Of a stretch of DNA of 64,000 bases, positions 60,354-64,000 are shown one piece after another. Within the stretch, counting starts at the first letter, position 1, and every line of letters starts with the position of its first letter. The notes below the pieces were generated by a model that did not search any database, was not told where the DNA came from, and worked only from the letters and a program-made list of their open reading frames with translations. Made by a program: the position numbers and the translations under genes. Source of the stretch: Gammaproteobacteria bacterium. Lineage in GTDB: Bacteria > Pseudomonadota > Gammaproteobacteria > Legionellales > Legionellaceae. The stretch lies in the NCBI GenBank assembly GCA_024742995.1, contig JANSXK010000002.1, positions 198,232 through 262,231 on the forward strand, written 5' to 3'.

Positions 60354-62642
60354 TCATGATCTTAAAGATGTGCTCGGTACTTTCTCTTCCTCATCAGTAC
60401 AGTCATTAACAGCAGCTGCAGCAACTGCATTGTACACTGGTCTTTGTTGGGCTATGAGGCGAGCCACCTTAGTGGTTTGAAATAGCGTTGTTTTACTGAT
60501 TGTTGCATAATCTTCTGCAAGTTGCTCAAGGTTAGAGTTGGTGAGGAAAATAGAGGCAGAAAGACTCCATAATCCGACTGGATTTGATAACGTTTGGCCA
60601 GCTTTAATGTACCATTCTGGAATACACTTGCTGTTGAAAGATTGAAAAAAACTGTCGTCTATTATCTGAGTCACCGTCCCGGCTTTTATAGGAACGTTGA
60701 ACCATGCTGCATAACTTCCTGTAGGTGTTTTTTCCGGAAGATGCATGCCAAGTTGTGTCCTAAAAGCACAGTCAATAATATTAACGCCGTAGACTTCTTC
60801 ATACATTTCACAAACCCGTGCACCGGGCGGACGCGCTGCCACTTCCAGGAAGGTTAGTTTTTCTCCTTGTACAAATAGCTCCATGTGTGTCACAAAATTT
60901 TCAAGCTGTGGCAAACCACTAAGAATCTCAGCAGAAAATGCTTCAATCCTTGAGAATAAGGGATCCGATTCTAGTACAGGGAAGCTTCCAAGCAGGACAT
61001 CATATAAGAAGTCTGCGCAAGGCGCGTAGTAACGCCCAATCATGGTTGCAACGATTCTGCCATCTTGTATGATGCTATCGCAGTGATATAAATCACCCGA
61101 AATAAACTCATCAATTTCAAACTGCTCCTGGGAAGATTTGATTTCTTCTAGAAAAAAAGCCAATTCATTATCAGTGTGACATTTTTTTACATTTCTGGAA
61201 CTGGAACCATTGGTAGGCTTAACGAAAACAGGAAATTGCATACCCTGGGCTGCCAAAGAGCTTTGGATTTTATCCAATGATGTCTGGTTGGGGTTGAAAG
61301 CAATGTACTTAGGTAAGTGTTCTGGTGCAATACGCTGCTTCATTTTGTCTTTATTTAGATAATAATCAGTATACTCGGAAGGGATATGCGTGCTGTGGTA
61401 AGCGACATCTAATTCAGCACATACCAATAGCATGTCTTCATTCGCAGTGACAAATTTTATATCATTCAAACATGTTGCGGGTAAGTTTCCTTCTAATAGT
61501 TTACGAATATTCATAAACTCAAAATTTTCCGTAGATACCACAAAATCGAATAAATCTATCCAATCATTTTGTCGTAATATGTCCATGATAACGGGCGTGC
61601 CTATCATCACATAGTTGCAATCAAATTCTCGCTTGATATTTGGCCAATTTTCAAATATCTCTCCTGAACGCAGCACTATAATCGTTTTTTTCTGATCGTC
61701 TAGTGCAACTTTTCGCACAAAAATTTCTTCTTGGGCAAGTTTCGCTTCTACGTTTACCACTGGAACTGTTCGCAGCTTGAGATCTGAATGGACTTTGAGA
61801 GTCATTAGTTTCACTTGATCATCTGGTGTTATTTTAAATGTAATGTTTAGGGCAACTCGTTGGAGGCCAATAGTGTCCACCCATCGTAGTAGGGTAGTGG
61901 CTACATGAGATTCTAATATAGAACTAGCTTCTAAATCTCTAGGTTGGGGAGCTGTTTGATCAGATTTTATTTCATCTGGAGTAGAGATGCTTTCAATGCA
62001 CCATTCGTTTTCCGCACTATCCCAAAATATTTCAGCATTAAACGCTACTCCTTCAACATATTCTTCAACCAATGCTTGGGATGCTAATGGGTGTTCTTCT
62101 GCAGTGACTGTTGCCTCATGAATGGCTTTGATCGTTTCAATATATTCTTCATGATTTGCACAAGGCTTGATGTTTGTATATTCTTTACCATCAATGGGCT
62201 TAACGATACATGGGTAACCTATTGGTGATTCATTACTACTGGCAGTAGTCACCATGGCAAATCGAGGCACGCCTGGCTCAGATTGTAGCGCCTCTAGCAT
62301 AGCATGCTTAAACATTATTTTTTCAAGTGCAATGGTTGAACAGCTTGGTAGATGGAGGCGTTCTGAAACAGTGGCTGCGTATAAGAGTTGTCTGTCATCC
62401 AATGCAACAATTGCTTTAATGTCAGGTATACTAGAAAGTGCTGTGGCTATAGCCTCAGCATCATAGCCATTCACATCTAAAATAACAGTCGTTTTTTCTA
62501 ATAGATTTTGGGGTAATTGCTCATAAAAAAACTTGTTTTCGGTGACAAAAACGATGGAGTATCCCATGCGTTGCGCTATCTCCATGGTGTTATATGAAGC
62601 ACCATGGCCACTTGCATCTAAAAACACGATATTCAATGCCAA
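60354..62642 (-). CDS. Tandem ATP-grasp domain protein (762 aa)
   Basis: The N-half has CIVKPIDGKE and LVEEYVEG. The C-half has FPVFVKPTNGSSSRNV, IDEFISG and FLEVAARPPGARV. The start is TTG 62642 or, with better spacing to AAGGAG, TTG 62636. Confidence 0.8.
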   Translation of the reverse strand: MALNIVFLDASGHGASYNTMEIAQRMGYSIVFVTENKFFYEQLPQNLLEKTTVILDVNGYDAEAIATALSSIPDIKAIVALDDRQLLYAATVSERLHLPSCSTIALEKIMFKHAMLEALQSEPGVPRFAMVTTASSNESPIGYPCIVKPIDGKEYTNIKPCANHEEYIETIKAIHEATVTAEEHPLASQALVEEYVEGVAFNAEIFWDSAENEWCIESISTPDEIKSDQTAPQPRDLEASSILESHVATTLLRWVDTIGLQRVALNITFKITPDDQVKLMTLKVHSDLKLRTVPVVNVEAKLAQEEIFVRKVALDDQKKTIIVLRSGEIFENWPNIKREFDCNYVMIGTPVIMDILRQNDWIDLFDFVVSTENFEFMNIRKLLEGNLPATCLNDIKFVTANEDMLLVCAELDVAYHSTHIPSEYTDYYLNKDKMKQRIAPEHLPKYIAFNPNQTSLDKIQSSLAAQGMQFPVFVKPTNGSSSRNVKKCHTDNELAFFLEEIKSSQEQFEIDEFISGDLYHCDSIIQDGRIVATMIGRYYAPCADFLYDVLLGSFPVLESDPLFSRIEAFSAEILSGLPQLENFVTHMELFVQGEKLTFLEVAARPPGARVCEMYEEVYGVNIIDCAFRTQLGMHLPEKTPTGSYAAWFNVPIKAGTVTQIIDDSFFQSFNSKCIPEWYIKAGQTLSNPVGLWSLSASIFLTNSNLEQLAEDYATISKTTLFQTTKVARLIAQQRPVYNAVAAAAVNDCTDEEEKVPSTSLRS

Positions 62643-62765
62643 CTCTCCTTAGTTTATAGTTTAAAACGACATTTGAAGTGTGTAACTAGCGCGTGTAATT
62701 TCTCATAAACGCTATATTGTGTCAAGTCTCACCACTGCTTTGGGCCGCTTGGCAATGTACAACGA

Positions 62766-63185
62766 CTATTTTTGAATGGTGGTAGAAAATTCGCAAGAAT
62801 CGGTTGATGTTGGTGGTGCGGATTTTACATGGGAGGTATACAGATCCATCATTACATTTTCTATTCTGGGATATCCCAACCCATGCCACGGTTGAGAGAA
62901 GAAAAAGCTTTTCGTAAACTCATAAATTTTTTCATGGGAAACGTTTAAATTAAATCCTGCTGGATGGTGTTTGTTGTGGTTTACTGGAGCAGCGGTTGAT
63001 ACTAATGATGAGGTTGAAATTTTCCTGGGACAACATACAAACAGGAGGTCGCTAGATTGATTTTTACTGAAAAGGCTAAGTATGGTACAGCTGGTAGTGG
63101 GTTTATTTGATTGAGCGAATTTGTCTGAAGGCGAGGCTGGTATTGGAGTTGGTCGAACGCAATTAGATACAACTGATTTCCTGTT
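62766..63185 (-). pseudogene. Start-less 139-codon open frame, a probable 3' remnant of an unknown gene
   Basis: The frame is open from 63185 to stop TAG (62766-62768). The only canonical in-frame starts are a TTG and an ATG-ATG pair near its end (there is also one in-frame CTG). The translation ..KHHPAGFNLNVSHEKIYEFTKSFFFSQPWHGLGYPRIENVMMDLYTSH.. has no recognisable family. It abuts the IS remnant. Confidence 0.3.
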
Positions 63186-63259
63186 TTAAATTATCTTTGG
63201 TGTCTTTAAATTATGAAGGTTTAACACCTATATGTAAAACACGGTCAAATCAAATATAA

Positions 63260-64000
63260 AGGGAGTATATTCGTGATGCGACCTGTATACAAACATATAC
63301 CAACGCTGTTATCAAAAAAGAGTTTGATGAATCTTTTTTTCCTATCTTAAAAGAAGGAAGTCGTGGACTACATATTGTCCTTGATTTACACAGGATGTTA
63401 GTGGTATAAATTACCGATTGATAAGGATGAAAACGGGTGCAAATAAATTAGTCATACGCGCTTGTTACCCCCTTACCTGAAGCGTTCGAGGAGCATTGAA
63501 GACATATTATCTTGGTTATATTTGCAATGTTTATCCAGCGGCGATTATGGTGAGGCCCTTGGGTCCTTGCTAGATGAACAAGCGGTTGGATTGATGAGCA
63601 TACGTTATGGCGGAAGGAAGATTTAAGCGCTAAGAAATATGCTTATTTTTGAGCTGATGGGATTTATAGCCATGTCCGCATGGACGACCGGTTATGCTTA
63701 TTGGTTATCATTGGTGTTACAGAGCATAGTGTTAAGGAGTTGGTGGCTGTTGAGGATGGTTTTCGTGAGTCAACAGCAAGTTGGAGCGAAGAGTATTAAC
63801 CGGCTTGCGCCAGCGAGAACTTACTTTTTCGCCTAAATTGGCTGTTGGTGCTTTAGGTTTTTGGGGTGGTTTGACAGATGTATCCTACATGCCTTCATCA
63901 GCGGTAAGACAGCCAATATATTGAATAAATTACCCAAATCTATGCAGCTTAAGGTGAAAGAAGCATTGCATTATATTTGGATGGTGGAAAGCCATGACGA
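63260..64000 (+). mobile_element. Degraded IS256-family (Mutator-type) transposase gene, running off the window end
   Basis: Conserved blocks are spread over three frames and separated by stops and deletions. They read LLPPYLKRSRSIEDILSWLYLQCLSSGDYGEALGSLL; ADGIYSHVRMDDRLCLLVIIGVTEHSVKELVAVEDGFRESQQSW; KLAVG-ALGFW; and KTANILNKLPKSMQLKVKEALHYIWMVE. The 5' boundary is uncertain. Confidence 0.75.

Overview
This is a bacterial, gammaproteobacterial-type chromosome segment in two parts. The gene content, decayed genes and large orphan ORFs are reminiscent of Legionellales/Coxiellaceae-like intracellular bacteria, but the taxon cannot be verified from the sequence alone. Part 1 (1-24.1 kb) is housekeeping backbone. 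It holds the 5' end of rnr, a small secreted protein, ubiX, metG, an RnfB-type ferredoxin, nth, glmU, a HlyD/FUSC/OMF efflux operon and a complete atpIBEFHAGDC operon. Small accessory or decay patches interrupt it: a DUF4143-type AAA ATPase bracketed by a duplicated rnfB 3' end, and a patch of frameshifted pyruvate-decarboxylase-like and malic-enzyme fragments. Part 2 (~24.2 kb to the window end) is a visibly more AT-rich accessory region. It begins inside a truncated DUF885-like gene and ends in a degraded IS256-family transposase. It carries a two-gene operon encoding 1482-aa and 408-aa proteins with no domains I can recognise, which are candidate secreted or host-directed proteins. It also carries an Ntn (choloylglycine-hydrolase family) amidase, a membrane protein and a ~29-kb hybrid lipo-NRPS/PKS biosynthetic cluster. 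The cluster genes are MATE, GNAT, a C-A-T NRPS, an Asp/Asn beta-hydroxylase, a KS-AT-KR-ACP PKS, two AsnB-type amidotransferases, an Asp racemase, FAAL-ACP-C-A(Gly)-T, C-A(Gly)-T-R whose A domain is interrupted by a luciferase-like monooxygenase, a type II thioesterase and a tandem ATP-grasp ligase. This cluster, and especially the monooxygenase-interrupted Gly module that ends in a reductase, is my best candidate for an undescribed system. I saw no rRNA, intact tRNA or CRISPR array. All homology calls rest on motif recognition by eye, not on searches.
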